DNA of 64,000 nt, taken from the NCBI GenBank assembly GCA_964016885.1, contig OZ024745.1, positions 99,138,001-99,202,000 on the forward strand. Reading direction: 5' to 3'. The position numbers and the translations under genes were made by a program. Shown piece by piece: positions 13,166 to 27,760 of this stretch. Position 1 is the first letter of the stretch. Each line of letters begins with the position of its first letter. The notes beneath the pieces were generated by a model. It was not told the DNA's origin and made no database searches. It saw only the letters and a program-made list of their open reading frames with translations. The DNA comes from Eledone cirrhosa. Taxonomy: Eukaryota.

Positions 13166-14253
13166 GCAGTGTATCCTTGAATATGTCAGCAGCTGAGTGC
13201 TCCTTCAGCTTCCATGTCATTCTCTTCCAAATTGCCTTCTGTTTCTGAGGAGGAAATAAAAGCCAGGAGGTCGTTGAAAGGGTTGAAGTAGCCAATAGGA
13301 AAAAATGGAGAAGCTTGACCTGGGGCCTACAAGGCTAACTACTGCTTTATCAGGGATGATGGGCTTAAAAACAATTTTTTTTTTCTGTTGTTGTTGTTGT
13401 TTGTGTGTGTGTATGTATATATGTATGTATGTATGTGTGTGTGTATATGCATGTATGTGTGTGTGTATATGTATGTATGTAAGTATGTTCTTCTGGTTTT
13501 ATAATTTCACAAATTTTTGCCAATAGAGAGAGTTGGATTCTAACATAGATACAAGACTCTCATTGGAATTTACACAACATCAACTAGGTAGATATGCATG
13601 CATGTGTGTGCAGGTGTGGATGTTATTGTATGTGTGGATGTGGATGTTTTGAGTTGTATGTGTGCAAGTGCATATGCTTTGTATCTGTACAAGTGTATAT
13701 GCAGTTATTAGATGTATGTATGTGTAAATGTGTAAATATGTATATACACATGTACATATGTATGTATCATCATATGTATATATGTAGATGCATGTGTGCA
13801 TATGTACATATATGCGTGGGACATAGAAATAGTCGGGCTGGATACCCGATCGCACGGTTAAACCACTGGGAGTGAAGGGTCTCTAGCCTTTGTCAGGAAA
13901 TTTTTCTAGGAGAAGGCAACTCAGGAAACTGGGATAACTCCGATATAAAACCTGCGCCTCAGTAGTTACCGATGATGTTGATCTTTTCTTCTTTTCGGGT
14001 TATAGCTACTGTTGCTCAGAGAGTGGGATTGGCTCAGTGCACAGTCTTTCCTCACTTTAAAAAAATCTTCATGCACAGGCATTACACGATAGAATTAATT
14101 AAAAATTATTAATAATGGTATATCATGCAATCGCCATACTCGATAACGAGGGGGCAGTCATCATGTATGTATGTATGTTTGTATTTATGTATATATGTGT
14201 ATATGTCTGTCTATCTGTGTGTACATATGTATGTGTATATGTCTGACTGTCTG

Positions 14254-14340
<87 letters not shown>

Positions 14341-16488
14341 CTGTATATGCTTTTATATCAACTTGTTACTAGCTGTAAAATAAAATAAAAAGCTATCTCT
14401 CTATATAAAAGACCCCTACCACTGAAAGTTGTTTATGTATCTGTAAGAATGTGCATATATGTTTATTTATATGTATATATATATATTTTATGTGTATGTA
14501 TTGTGATGTGTATGTATGTGTGATGGTGTGAGCTTGCATGTAATATTAGCTTCCTTCTCACTAGAAGACTTCTTTCTCCTTCTGCTGGCTGACAGCCATT
14601 TTCCTTCACTGTCTCTTCCAAGCAGCTAACTGACTAAACTCCTTTTTCTAACTCCAAAAACAAAATCTCTGGATAACATTTCCAGTATTAGCATGATTCT
14701 ATATAATGTATTGATTTGTAACATTGGCACAGGACTTCACTTTATGTAGACAAATGAGATTATATGATGTTCATGCTTTTCTCACAGATATTAGGGAGTA
14801 CTATAGAATGATTGTAAGTTATTGGCAATCAAGTCCATAGTAAATGTGATAGAATTTCTCATCATTTCTATTTTCAGGAGTTTAAAGAGTGTTATACTCT
14901 GCCAGGCTCGTTTACCCTTATCACATTGAAAACAAAATCTTTGATGATAAACCAAAGACACATTAAGGACAATTAAATAAAACAAAATGAGATATTAAGT
15001 AGTAAAATTTCTACATTTAGAAATTAAAACTTATCAAAGGTACAACTAACTGGGAAATTAGGACATTCATTGACAATCATTTTATTTTCATATATAATTA
15101 AATTAATTCTTTCAAGAATTCCAAAGTTTCAAAGATTCATTGCTTTGTATCAGCTTCTGTGATATTGAGGTGGCAAAATAGCAGAGTCGTTTGAACAAAG
15201 GATAGGATGTTCTATGGTATTCATTCCAGCTCTCTGCTTTCTGAGTTCAAATCCTGCTGCCTTTCATCCTTTTTAGGTCAATAAAAAAAGTACCAGTCTA
15301 GTTCTGGGGTTAATTCTTCCTCTATATCTCCTTCCTCTCTCTCATTTTCTAACCTTCTCTGGAAGAAATCTATTGTGTTCAAACCTGGAGAGGGATGGGC
15401 TTCACCAGGCTTAAAATGCCCAAGAAATGCTGTATGTCACTACAGCGCCCCTACAATTTCATTAGGAATTATGGGACCATGAATGAATGGTGTGGCATTA
15501 AGCACTTGAAAAATACATTTTACTAAGCTGCATCATCAAACCTCAATCAGTTTACCCATTCTTCTTCTTACTGTCATAATTACAATGTTACACTTCATAA
15601 AGCCTTCTCAAAACAATTTTAAGCCTGTAGCATTCGAGACATTTGGAAAAGCTGGGCAACTGATAATGAAATTTTTTGTCAATGTTGGTGGCTCACCTTG
15701 CCAACATATTAGGTGATGCCTGCGTATGTGTTTGGCAATTCCAGTGCTTTAGCCTCACTATTACCCATGGTACTGCTGTGAGTGTGTTGTCTTGCCTCAA
15801 AAATTATTAGCAGGAAACTCCAGTACTTCATGTTGTGTCATGTGTTTCAATGTGCATGTCTTCCATCACATTTTTTCCTCATTTTTAAAATATATATATA
15901 TCATCATCGTTTAATGTCCATTTTCCAAGTTAGCATGGGGTAGATGGGTTCTCTGATTAGAGGCAAGTTTAGTCAGGCGACCATGTCTTGCTCATATAGG
16001 ACTGATTCTGGCTAGATTTCTACTGCTGGATTCCCTTCCTAACACCAACCACATATACAGTGTAGGGTGCTTTTTATCATGACACTTGCAAGACCACTTT
16101 ACAGTGTGAGCTGGGTGCTTGTAGTTGTGACACCCACATTACCACTTTACAGTGTGCCGGATGTTTTTAGTCATGACAGCTACATGACCACTTTGCAGTG
16201 TGGGCTGGATGTTTTTACTTTACAGTGTAAGGGTAATATATATATGTATATATATATTGGAAAATGTGTGAAATCCTTGGTACAGTTAGGTATATTTGAA
16301 AAAAGGAAAAGAATGACTTCACTTGTAGTTCTAAACAATTTGATTTAATTTTATAATATTATAATATTATGAGTTGGTAGATCTAGGAAACTTTTTACTA
16401 TATCTACCAACTCATAATATTATAATATTATAAAATTATGTCAATTGTTTAGAACTACAAGTGAAGTAATTCTTTTCCTTTTTCCAAA

Positions 16489-16525
<37 letters not shown>

Positions 16526-16837
16526 ACTGTTTGTTCTTGTATCTCATTCTGTTATTTTGCCCGAGAAAATATCTATATGTGTCATTAAGCGAACCGCACA
16601 TATGGTTATTTTTTCATATCCAATTGAGTTCTAAGCACGTGGCTTGAATTTGTATCGGAATTCAACTAACCTGCGCATGTATTGTTTTTTGGCAGTAGTC
16701 TCTTTCCTCCTATTTTCGAGACAGTGTGAGATTTTCTTTAGAACTGCTGGACTAACAGCCTAGCAGCTACCTCAAGCACTGATGGTGATACCGCTAAATA
16801 TTGATGTTGATTTGGTTATCAATATTAATATTATTGG

Positions 16838-16968
16838 GCACCCACTGAAGAATTATAAGAGCCCACTTGTATAAGTATCTGTTGATCTTATACAAGCTTC
16901 TACATAATTTGATATAATTTCACCCAACTTGTAGAAATCTTATAATGAAACGAGTCGTCTGGGAAGTG
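16838..16968 (+). ncRNA. Type I hammerhead ribozyme motif with branched stem II
   Basis: CCCA-CUGAAGA-AUUAUAAGA...UCUUAUAAU-GAAA-CGAGUCG-UC-UGGG; all three stems pair. Confidence 0.8.
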
Positions 16969-17134
16969 ATATATTTGATATATCTCATATGAAATGATAC
17001 ACCCAATTCTCCACACAATACAATATAGTTAGCACCCCGAACGTTTAATTAGGAATATACTCAGATATTTCCTAATGTTTGTTGAGTGAGTTGGAATTTG
17101 GCTGGAATATCGCTATTAGCTTTCTCCATTTATG

Positions 17135-17180
<46 letters not shown>

Positions 17181-18274
17181 CATCATCATCATCAACGTTT
17201 AACGTCCGCTTGCATGGGTTTGGACGGGGGTTTTCCCACTTGAAGCAAGAGTGATTATCTTGCTCGCATAGGACTATCTGGCGGGTTTTCTACAGCTGGA
17301 TGCCCTTCCTAACACCAACCACATTTACAGTGTGGGGCTGGGAGGTTTTTACCGTGTTGCCTACACGGCCACATTACAGCGTGAACTGTGTGTTTTTTTG
17401 ACGTGACACCTACACAATCTCATTTGTTTCGGCCTGGATGTTGTGGCACTAACATAACTTTACATTGAAAGGGGCGGTGTGGATGGGGTGGGGGTGGTGT
17501 GACGGGGGTTTTTTTTTTGTTAGAGATGCCTACTGACTGTAGGTTTTACTTTGTATTTAGGTAAGGCGGAGAAAAAAAACACTTTTCTCAAACCCATCCT
17601 CCCAGAACTGCTTACATCTGGAACACCCTGCATCACCATATTTTCCCTGTATGTATCATTTTTCAGAAGCTAGAACTTAGAACCATTTTACATCAATTTG
17701 ACATGCTGGTGGAGAGACCCCTTTTCCCTAGAACAAAATTTTAAGAAATCAATGAGATCTTGACACTGAATTATTCAAGTATCAATAATTTGATAATTGT
17801 CCATTCAGCCATTCTTTGTTACAATATTTAGAATGGATACAGACCAATGAAGAAGTAAGGATTCCAATGTAAGATTTAAAAAAGGGTGTTGAAATATAAA
17901 AATATCTGATTCAAAGATTATGCAATTCTCTGAATTTATGAAGCTATTTAACCACACAATTTTAAGTGTTTTACACTATGAACACCACTTCCACTTCATC
18001 ACCATTATCATCATAACTATGCCACTGCCATCATCACCACCACTACTACCACCACCATCACCACCACCACCACCACCTCTATCATCGACACCATTATTTT
18101 TATGTCTACTTTTCCATAAGTTGAACCAAGTTGTAAAATATTCATATTTCATTTTGAAAGATCTTGGTGAATTTTCTTTGCTATTTTTGTAACCTACCAG
18201 AAGAATCCTTTTCAAAATTAGATGCCACTTTTTTGTTTTTCCTAATATTTTGCACCATTTATTGCATACTGCAT

Positions 18275-18306
<32 letters not shown>

Positions 18307-19657
18307 TCATCATCATTTTATGCTTGCCTTTCCATGTTAGCATGGGTTGGATGGGTTGTTACGGTCCAAGACCAGTCATTCTGGAGAGACCTTACCTTGT
18401 TCATGTGTTTCATATTAAGCATGGTTTCTTTAGCAGAATATTCTTCCTAACACTGACCATGATTTCTACAGCTTAATAACCTTCCTACCACTGACCACTT
18501 TACATAACTATTCCTTGAAATTGTTCCATTATCATTATCATTTAATGTCCATTTTCCACGCTAGTATGGGTTAGATGGAATATAAACATATATAATGATT
18601 TCTAGTATAGGCACAAGGCCAGTAATGTGAGGGGTGGGGAAAGCTGATTAAATCGACCCCAGTACATTACTGGTGCTTTATTTTATCGACCCTGTAAGGA
18701 TGAAAGGCAAAGTTAACCTCAGCGGGATTTGAACTCAGACTGTAAAGGACCGTAACTCTATGCTGAAAAACATGGTGCCAATCCACCGCCCTATAAACAT
18801 ATATAATAAATACAATTAACCATTGCTAGGAACCCCACAAATACAATGGATACAAATATATGACTAGAGTGAGAGAAAGAAAGAAAAAAAAGAAGAGGGA
18901 AAAAAAACAAAAACAAAAATGACCATCAATTCACCACCTGCAGCAATTGGCCGTACGTCACATCACAAGATCAACGGAATATTTTGAGGTAAGCCAATAC
19001 GCTTGCAACATTACCACGGTTGATGGCGAGGCTAAGGCACTGAAACAACCAGAGATATGGAATTTTAGTTTAGAATATTAGAAATCTTACTACAAAATGG
19101 TATTATTGTATTTGCTTTTATTAAAGTCAGCCATCATATATCAAATAGCAAAACTTTAGTGGGTTAAATGTTCTGTTAACAGTTTGTAAGGTCCCATAAC
19201 ATCATAATTGATGAATAATCATTTTTACTATAGGCGCAAAGCCAGAAATTTGAGGTGAGGGGAAAGTCGATTCAATTGACCCCAGAGCATTACAGGTGCT
19301 TTATTTTATCAACTCCGTAAGGATGTTTCAAAGCTAACCTCAGTTGGATTTGAACTCAGACCATAAAGGACCGTAACTCTATGCTATGGTGTAGAGTTAA
19401 GGTCCTTTACAGTTTGAGTTTAAATCCCACTGAGGTTATAATTGATGAATAATATCCTTGGACAAGGAACTTAACTACTAGAATTGTCTCAGTATGCCAG
19501 GCTGAAAAGTAGTTCTTAAAATCAAATGGTGAAGATTGAGTTCTATTAGTAAAATGATTTAGGAGAGCCCAAACCCACCCATTCTGTAGAAGGTATCAAG
19601 TTTTAAAAAACAAATTTTGCATATAAATCATTTATATTGAACAGACATGAGTACTTA

Positions 19658-21254
19658 CCTTTTGTCTACTTGGAGAAAGCCTTTGACAGAGTCCCCCGTT
19701 CCATTATCTGGTGGGCTCTTAAAAAACTAGGTGTTGATGAATGGCTTGTGAGAGCTATACAAGCCATGTATAAAGAAACAGTCAGCAAGGTTAGAATTAA
19801 CAACGAATATAGTGACGAGTTTAGCGTAAAAATTGGAGTTCATCAGGGCTCCGTTCTTAGCCCCCTACTATTTATTATTGCCCTTCAGGCTATAACAGTG
19901 GAGTTCAAGACCGGCTGCCCATGGGAACTCTTATATGCAGATGATCTAACGCTCATAGCTGAATCAATGGCCGAACTAGAGAAGAAATTCCAAACATGGA
20001 AGCATGGCCTAGAATCAAAAGGCCTTAAAATTAACCTGTCTAAGACTAAAGTTCTAGTTTGTAGGAAGGAAAATAGGGCACCGGTCCCATCCAGGAAATG
20101 GCCATACTCAGTGTGTAGGAAAGGAGTAGGTAGAAACTCCATTTTATGTATGCAAAGTATGGGTGCATAAAAGATGTAGTGGGATCACAGGTAAGCTAAC
20201 TAAGAACAGATTTTATATGTGGCCGGTGCTCTGGTGCAATAAGTAGCAGCAAGTGCCCACAGAATACTAGCTCATTCCATTGCACAGATGGTTCTATAGA
20301 AATAGTGGACAGCTTCCGTTACCTGGGTGACAAAATCAGCAGTGGGGGAGGGTGCTCTGAAAGTACAGTAGCTAGAGTCAGAACTGGATGGAAAAAGTTC
20401 AGAGAGCTTATACCACTATTAGCTACTAAAGGGTTCTCTCTAAAAATGAAAGGCAGGCTGTATGATGCTTGCATACGAACAGCAATGTTACATGGCAGTG
20501 AGACCTGGGCATTGTGAGCAGAGGATATACGCAGACTGGAGAGGAACAGAGCTTGCATGCTCTGCTGGATGTGTAATAGTAATATACGTGAACGGCAAAG
20601 CATAAACGAACTAAGGGAAAAATTAGAAATAAGGGGGATCAGATGTTGTTTACTCGAGAGAAGACTACGTTGGTATGGTCACGTGATGCGCATGAAAGAC
20701 AACAGCTGTATAAAAAAGTGCAGGGCAATAAAAATAGACGGTAGCCACGGAGTAGGCAGACCCAGAAAAACCTGGGATGACTTGATAAATTCCGACCTCA
20801 CACACTTACACCTCTCCAAGACAATGTCACTGGACCGAGATCTTTGGCGCTACACAGTAATACAGAAGACCTGGCATGCCTAAGTACAAAGTGAAACCTA
20901 CTACAGTCAGTAGGCACCTCTAACAAAAATACACCCCGTCCCACTACCCCCACCCCATCCACACCACCCCTTTCAATGTAAAGTTATGTTGGTACCACAA
21001 CATCCAGTCCGAAACAAATGAGGTCGTGTAGGTGTCACGACAAAAAAAAAAACACACAGTCCATGCTGTAATGTGGCCGTGTAGGCAACACGGTAAAAAC
21101 CTCCCAGTCCACACTGTAAACGTGGTTGGTGTTAGGAAGGGCATCCAGCCATAGAAAACGCCAGACAGTCCTATGCATGCAACACAACCACTCTTGCCTC
21201 AAGTGGGAAAACTCCCGTCCAAACCCATGCAAGCGTGGAATATGGACGTTAAAC

Positions 21255-21304
<50 letters not shown>
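19658..21304 (+). mobile_element. 5'-truncated RTE-clade LINE
   Basis: RT motifs LEKAFDRVPR, GVHQGSVLSP, LYADD; C-terminal RRLRWYGHV; (GAT)n tail; frameshifts. Confidence 0.92.
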
Positions 21305-21979
21305 GCCCATGTTGTTGTTCATAAATTTTTATCTTCATTTGAAAAGAAAACTGAAAAATCAAGGTTACAAAATGTTAGTAAGATTATTTAATAAAACATT
21401 TAGGATATAGAGCATGCAAATATAACTATTAAAAAAATTACTTCCACATCACAAACATATGATATTTCTACTTCGATACTGGACTTACAGTTTTCTAGGA
21501 TTTAAAGACTCATTTTTTTTAGGACGATGGAGGTGATTTACCTCCTCATGAAATTGATATGTAAATAACTGAGGATTACACACATACGTGTAGCTTTAAC
21601 ATATTTCTCAGGCAGAATCAGTGCGACAAATTGTGTCAAGCTTGCCTTTGAGTTACATTTTTGCCCACTTCAATAACCCCCTTTTTTCCTTCTTTCCGTC
21701 TTCTTCTTCACACACACAAACACACAAACACACACACAAATGCAAATGCACCCAGTCCACACTGTAAAGTGGTCATGTAGGAGACGCGGTAAAAAGGCTC
21801 CCAGTCCACACTGTAAATGTGGTTGGTGTTAGGAAGGGCATCCAGGCGTAGAAAACCTGCCAGAAACAGTTCTGTACTAGCAAGACACGGCCTCCCGACC
21901 AATCCCGCATCAAGTGGAACAAAACCATCTAACCTATGCTAGCGTGGGAGATGGACGTTAAATGATGATGATAATGAAT

Positions 21980-23515
21980 GTCCATTCCTACACTAATCAA
22001 ACCCCTGCACTTCACAAACCCACAGCCGTCACCACATCAGCATCACAAACCTGTTCCCCACCCACTTTCAAGATGCCAATCAGTGTCTCAAGTTGATTGA
22101 CAAAATGTCAACACCCACGTTGCTGCTGCAACCACCACCCTCACAGGGAGCTACCTGCAGCACGTGCACCACCATCAACTGGCAGAAGTGTAGCCGGAAC
22201 TGTTCAGCATACATCAGTTTCCCTCATGTCTCTTGTGTCAGCCTCACACATTGAGCCTCGAATGTGCTCTCAAAGTGGAGATGCCACAGCTGCTTCTTCT
22301 CCTTGCCTTAGCAGCTGCAGTCCACCACCATACCCCCAGAGGACACAGCATACCTCCCCGACACCCAACCCGTATTAGTCAACATTATTTAGCTCAGATG
22401 ACTTCACAAGATGCCCGTCAAGATCTTAAAAACAGCCCGAATGTCAGTGGCTGATGCCCTTGTGGCTTCGATCTGCAAAGTTTGGACTCCGATCAACACA
22501 ACAATTAGAAGCAATTGTTTCATTTTGCTCCACTCACCCTCCGTCTCTCTCTCCAACTCTGGTGCCAATCAAGAAGGTTTGTTGATAATGGCTCTGGTCA
22601 AGGCCAACATCTCGACCTTCAGACAGATGTCCATATCCAGTGTGTCTGAGCAGGCCATACTCCACACATTTATGCACCTGCTGCTAGTTTAAAACATCCC
22701 TGATGCTAGTTTAAAACATTTACATTACCGCTTAAACACCAAACTTATTGAAGGGTGATGTCTTATCTGCCATCAGAGTAGTTGCCTCTGACGGCACCAT
22801 CTTCTACTCTAACAATGAGGTCTTGGCTACTCTCTGGCTCAAACATTCTGAGCCACCCGCAGACCTTGGACACATACACCCACCTGACCCTCAACCACTT
22901 TACATGGTCTCTCCTCTGCGGCCATGTAAAGTGGTTACATAATCTCTCCTCTGAGGTCTTTTCCTACCACCAGTGTCCCCACCCACTACCAAAGCCAGAT
23001 GCTGCCTGCTGAATACCATCGTGGCATTCGCTAACAGGTTCATTCATGGTGCCCTGAACTCTTATGCCTGAGGCCTCTTCTTTTTGGCTCACCTCACCGC
23101 TCTCAGGAAGAAATACGGTGGAATATGGCCCCATCGTGGTGGGCAACGTTTTCCAGAGGTTTGCAGTCAAGATCATCTGCAAGTCTGTTGCACCTGAGCT
23201 AGGTGAGGGATTCAGCCCAGTACAGCTGGGTGTCAGCATGTCCAGTGGGTGCAACGGAGTCACTCATGCTGCTAGACAGTTCATCAACAATTGTCCACCC
23301 AAGCTGGTGCTGAGTGATCCGAGACATCTCATTGCCAAGCTTGACATAAGAAACCCCTTCAACTGTCTGAGCCATGACCACATGCTCGAAGCTTGTCTCA
23401 ACCGTTCCCTGTCCACCTACTCACTGGCCTACACGTCATACAGATCCCCAAGCACATTCCTCGCTGTGGACAAGTTCATACCATCCTCAACTGGCGTCCA
23501 AACAGGACAATCCAT
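21980..23515 (+). mobile_element. Decayed CRE-like non-LTR retrotransposon, RT 5' half
   Basis: PIVVGNVFQRFAVK, PVQLGV..GC..THA, KLDIRNPFN, SSTGVQ.G; broken off within RT. Confidence 0.65.
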
Positions 23516-23744
23516 TTTCTAAAAACATTTTTTCAGTTTCATAGACAAAACAAAGTCTACTTTCCTATACCAAACCCAATAAATCTAGTTCTGTCTATTA
23601 AACTAACCAGAGAAATGTAACAAGATTTTCTTTCCCTTTTTTAAGGAAGCTTATTAAAATAGCATCATGGCATCCTTTCTGTCCATTATTGACACTTTGT
23701 GTTCTTTCTATATGACTTAGTTTGATATTAATGTGAACATATCT

Positions 23745-26235
23745 TCTGGCATGTAATATACCATCATATCACATATCTTCTGGTGTCTAATACTCCATCA
23801 TAATACACATTTTTTGGTGTGTAATATACCATTGTAACACATCTTTTCATGTGCAATATACCATCATAATACACATCTTTTGGTGTGTAATATACCATTG
23901 TAATACACATCTTTTGGTGTGAAATATACCATTGTAATACATCTGGTGTGTAATATACCATTGTAACACATCTGGTGTGTAATGTACCATTGTAACACAT
24001 CTGGTGTGTAATATACCATTGTAACACATCTTTTTGTGTGTAATATACCATTGTAATACACATCTTTTGGTGTGTAATATACCATTGTAATACATCTGGT
24101 GTGTAATATACCATTGTAACACATCTGGTGTGTAATATACCATTGTAACACATCTTTTCATGTGCAATATACCATCATAATACACATCTTTTGGTGTGTA
24201 ATATACCATTGTAATACACATCTTTTGGTGTGAAATATACCATTGTAATACATCTGGTGTGTAATATACCATTGTAACACATCTGGTGTGTAATGTACCA
24301 TTGTAACACATCTGGTGTGTAATATACCATTGTAACACATCTTTTGGTGTGTAATATACCATTGTAATACACATCTTTTGGTGTGTAATATACCATTGTA
24401 ATACATCTGGTGTGTAATATACCATTGTAACACATCTGGTGTGTAATATACCATTGTAACACATCTTTTTGTGTGTAATATAGCATCATAATACATATAT
24501 TTTGGTGTGTAATATACCATTGTAATACACATATTTTGGTGTGTAATATACCATTGTAATACACATCTTTTGGTGTGTAATATACCATTGTAACACATCT
24601 GGTGTGTAATATACCATTGTAACACATCTTTTGGTGTGTAATATACCATCATAATACACATCTTTTGGTGTGTAATATACCATTGTAATACACATCCTTT
24701 GGTGTGTAATATACCATTGTAATACACATCTTTTGGTGTGTAATATACCATCATAATACACATCTTTTGGTGTGTAATATACCATTGTAATACACATCTT
24801 TTGGTGTGTAATATACCATTTTAACACATCTGGTGAGTAATATACCATTGTAATACACATCTTTTGGTGTGTAATATACCATTGTAATACACATCTTTTG
24901 GTGTGTAATATACCATCATAATACACATCTTTTGGTGTGTAATATACCATTGTAATACACATCTTTTGGTGTGAAATATACCATTGTAATACATCTGGTG
25001 TGTAATATACCATTGTAACACATCTGGTGTGTAATGTACCATTGTAACACATCTGGTGTGTAATATACCACTGTAACACATCTTTTTGTGTGTAATATAC
25101 CATTGTAATACACATCTTTTGGTGTGTAATATACCATTGTAATACATCTGGTGTGTAATATACCATTGTAACACATCTGGTGTGTAATATACCATTGTAA
25201 CACATCTTTTCATGTGCAATATACCATCATAATACACATCTTTTGGTGTGTAATATACCATTGTAATACACATCTTTTGGTGTGAAATATACCATTGTAA
25301 TACATCTGGTGTGTAATATACCATTGTAACACATCTGGTGTGTAATGTACCATTGTAACACATCTGGTGTGTAATGTACCATTGTAACACATCTGGTGTG
25401 TAATATACCATTGTAACACATCTTTTGGTGTGTAATATACCATTGTAATACACATCTTTTGGTGTGTAATATACCATCATAATACACATCTTTTGGTGTG
25501 TAATATACCATCATAATACAGATCTTTTGGTGTTTAATATACCATTGTAATACACATATTTTGGTGTGTAATATCCCATTGTAATACACATCTTTTAGTG
25601 TGTAATATACCATTGTAATACACATATTTTGGTGTGTAATATCCCATTGTAACACATCTGGTTTGTAATCTCCCATTGTAACACATCTGGTGTGTAATAT
25701 ACCATTATAACACACATCTGGTGTGTATTATACCATTGTACACATCTGGTGTGTATTATACCATCATAACACACATTTGGTGTGTATTATACCCTCATAA
25801 TTCACATCTGGTGTGTAACACATCCGGTGTCTAATATACCATTATAACATACATCTGCTGTGTATTCTACCATTGTAACATATCTGGTGTGTAATATACC
25901 ATTGTAACACATGTGTATAATATACCATTGTAACACATCTGGTGAGTATTATTCCATTATGCCACACATCTGGTGTGTAATATACCTTTATAACACATCT
26001 GGTGTATAATATACCATTGTAACACATCTGGTGAGTATTATTCCATTATGCCACACATCTGGTGTATAATATACCATTATAGCACATTTGGTATGTAATA
26101 TACCATCATGCTACACATCTGGTGTATAATATACCATTGTAACACATCTGGTGTGTAATATACCATTATAACACATCTGGTGTATAATATACCATTGTAA
26201 CACATCTGGTGTGTATTATACCATTATAATACACA
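23745..26235. repeat. Minisatellite, 29/32/34-bp units TGTGTAATATACCATTGTAA(TA)CACATC(TTT)TGG
   Basis: Tandem array read directly; degenerate at both ends. Confidence 0.95.
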
Positions 26236-26923
26236 ACACAAACAACAGCAAAAGTAGACATTTAAGATGTGAACAGTTCCATTTAAATTGACAGCCATTC
26301 ATTCACTGAACATAGTTTGATGAAATTTCATTTCCTCTATTTCTTAGACTGAATATTATTGAAAACAGAGAAAGAGATAGATAGATAGATAGAGAGAGAT
26401 TTAGAGAGAGTTGGAGAGAGTTAGAGAGAGAGTGATATAGAGAGATAGAGAAAGAGAGAGAAGGAGAGAGAGGGAGTGTGTGTGAGAGAGAGTGAGAGAT
26501 AAAGACTTTGTTTAGTTCTTGCCAGAGGGCAGCCTTGCACTACGAATGATACAGTTATTGGCTTCAACAGAATCCATTGAGCAAAGAAACGCTACTGTTC
26601 CACTTGAGTAATTTTATTTGCTATTGGTATTGTTTCTGGGAGCATAACTTTGCAACTAATTATAGACACCACAAGAACTGTGTGATAATGTGTTACTACA
26701 TGACATCACAATTGATTTACCTTGGTAACTAATTACAGAGAACAGGACAACTGTGTGATAATTCATTAATATAGAATAGGTACACTGTATCCTTGCATGT
26801 TGCAAGAAGCTACCAAAACGGTTGGCATCAGGAAGAGACTATGACTGTAAAACATTATCTAAAAATGTCCCATCTGGAAAGTTGACATAAAAGTTGTGGT
26901 GGTGGTGGTGGTGGTGGTGGTGG

Positions 26924-26954
<31 letters not shown>

Positions 26955-27409
26955 GGTGGTGATGATGATGGTGATGGTGGTGGAGGAGGTAGTGATGGTG
27001 GTGATGATGACGATGATGGTGGTAATGGTGATGACGGTGGCGATGATAATGGTGGTGATGAATGATGGAGGAGGTATGGTGGTGTAGATGATGATGATGG
27101 CGGTAGTGGTGATGACGGTGGTGGTTGTGATGACGGTGGTGGTTGTTATGACGGTGGTGGTTGTTATGATGATAATGGTGATGGTGGTGATGATGATGAT
27201 ATCACATTACAATTGATTTACCTTTATAACTAATTATAGAGAGCAGGACAACTATACGATAATTACTATATCACAATTGATTTACTTTTATAACTAATTA
27301 TAGATAGCAAGATACTGTGTGATAATTTCTTACTATATCAAATTCTAATTAATTTACTTCTTTAATATTACAGTTGTCCAGTAAATTAAAATAATATATT
27401 GGTTTTGCT

Positions 27410-27760
27410 ATCAATATATAAATGTCTGCAATTCTGTCACAACATGTAAAGAGAGAGGAGTAGTTTCACAACCTCATACTACTTCTCTCTCTTTATGTCT
27501 GCTGTTTGTGTGAATGCATGTGTACAAAAGGAAGGAAGGAAGGGGATGGTGAAAAAACTACGCTGTGTGTGAGTGTATGTGTATGCGTGTGTGTTTGTGT
27601 GAATGTATGTGTGTGTGTTTGTGTTAATGTATGTCTGTGAGTGTGTATTTTTGTAAGTGTGTCTGTGTTTGCACGTTTATATTTATATACTCATACATAT
27701 AAATGTATGCATATGCACATACACACATGCACACTCATATAAGCATACGCTTGAGCATAT
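27410..27760 (+). repeat. Dispersed hairpin-plus-(TG)n repeat; second copy at ~33680-34075
   Basis: Shared TCTGCAATTCTGTCA..GTAAAGAG.GAGGAGTAGT...ACTTCTC..TCTTTA hairpin followed by a TG-rich tract. Confidence 0.65.

Larger units (their letters stand above)
11700..13290 (-). mobile_element. Old RTE LINE remnant interrupted by two MITEs
   Basis: Nucleotide similarity to 50070-51120 (KGKGD.LDRGNYRGIKL region). Confidence 0.65.

Noticed and set aside
23764-26027. Long minus-strand ORFs (MCYNGILHTRC...)
   Set aside because: Translations of a minisatellite whose unit lengths are not multiples of 3; the same peptide appears in all frames.
26896-27200. Poly-V/M ORF
   Set aside because: (GGT)/(GAT) microsatellite.
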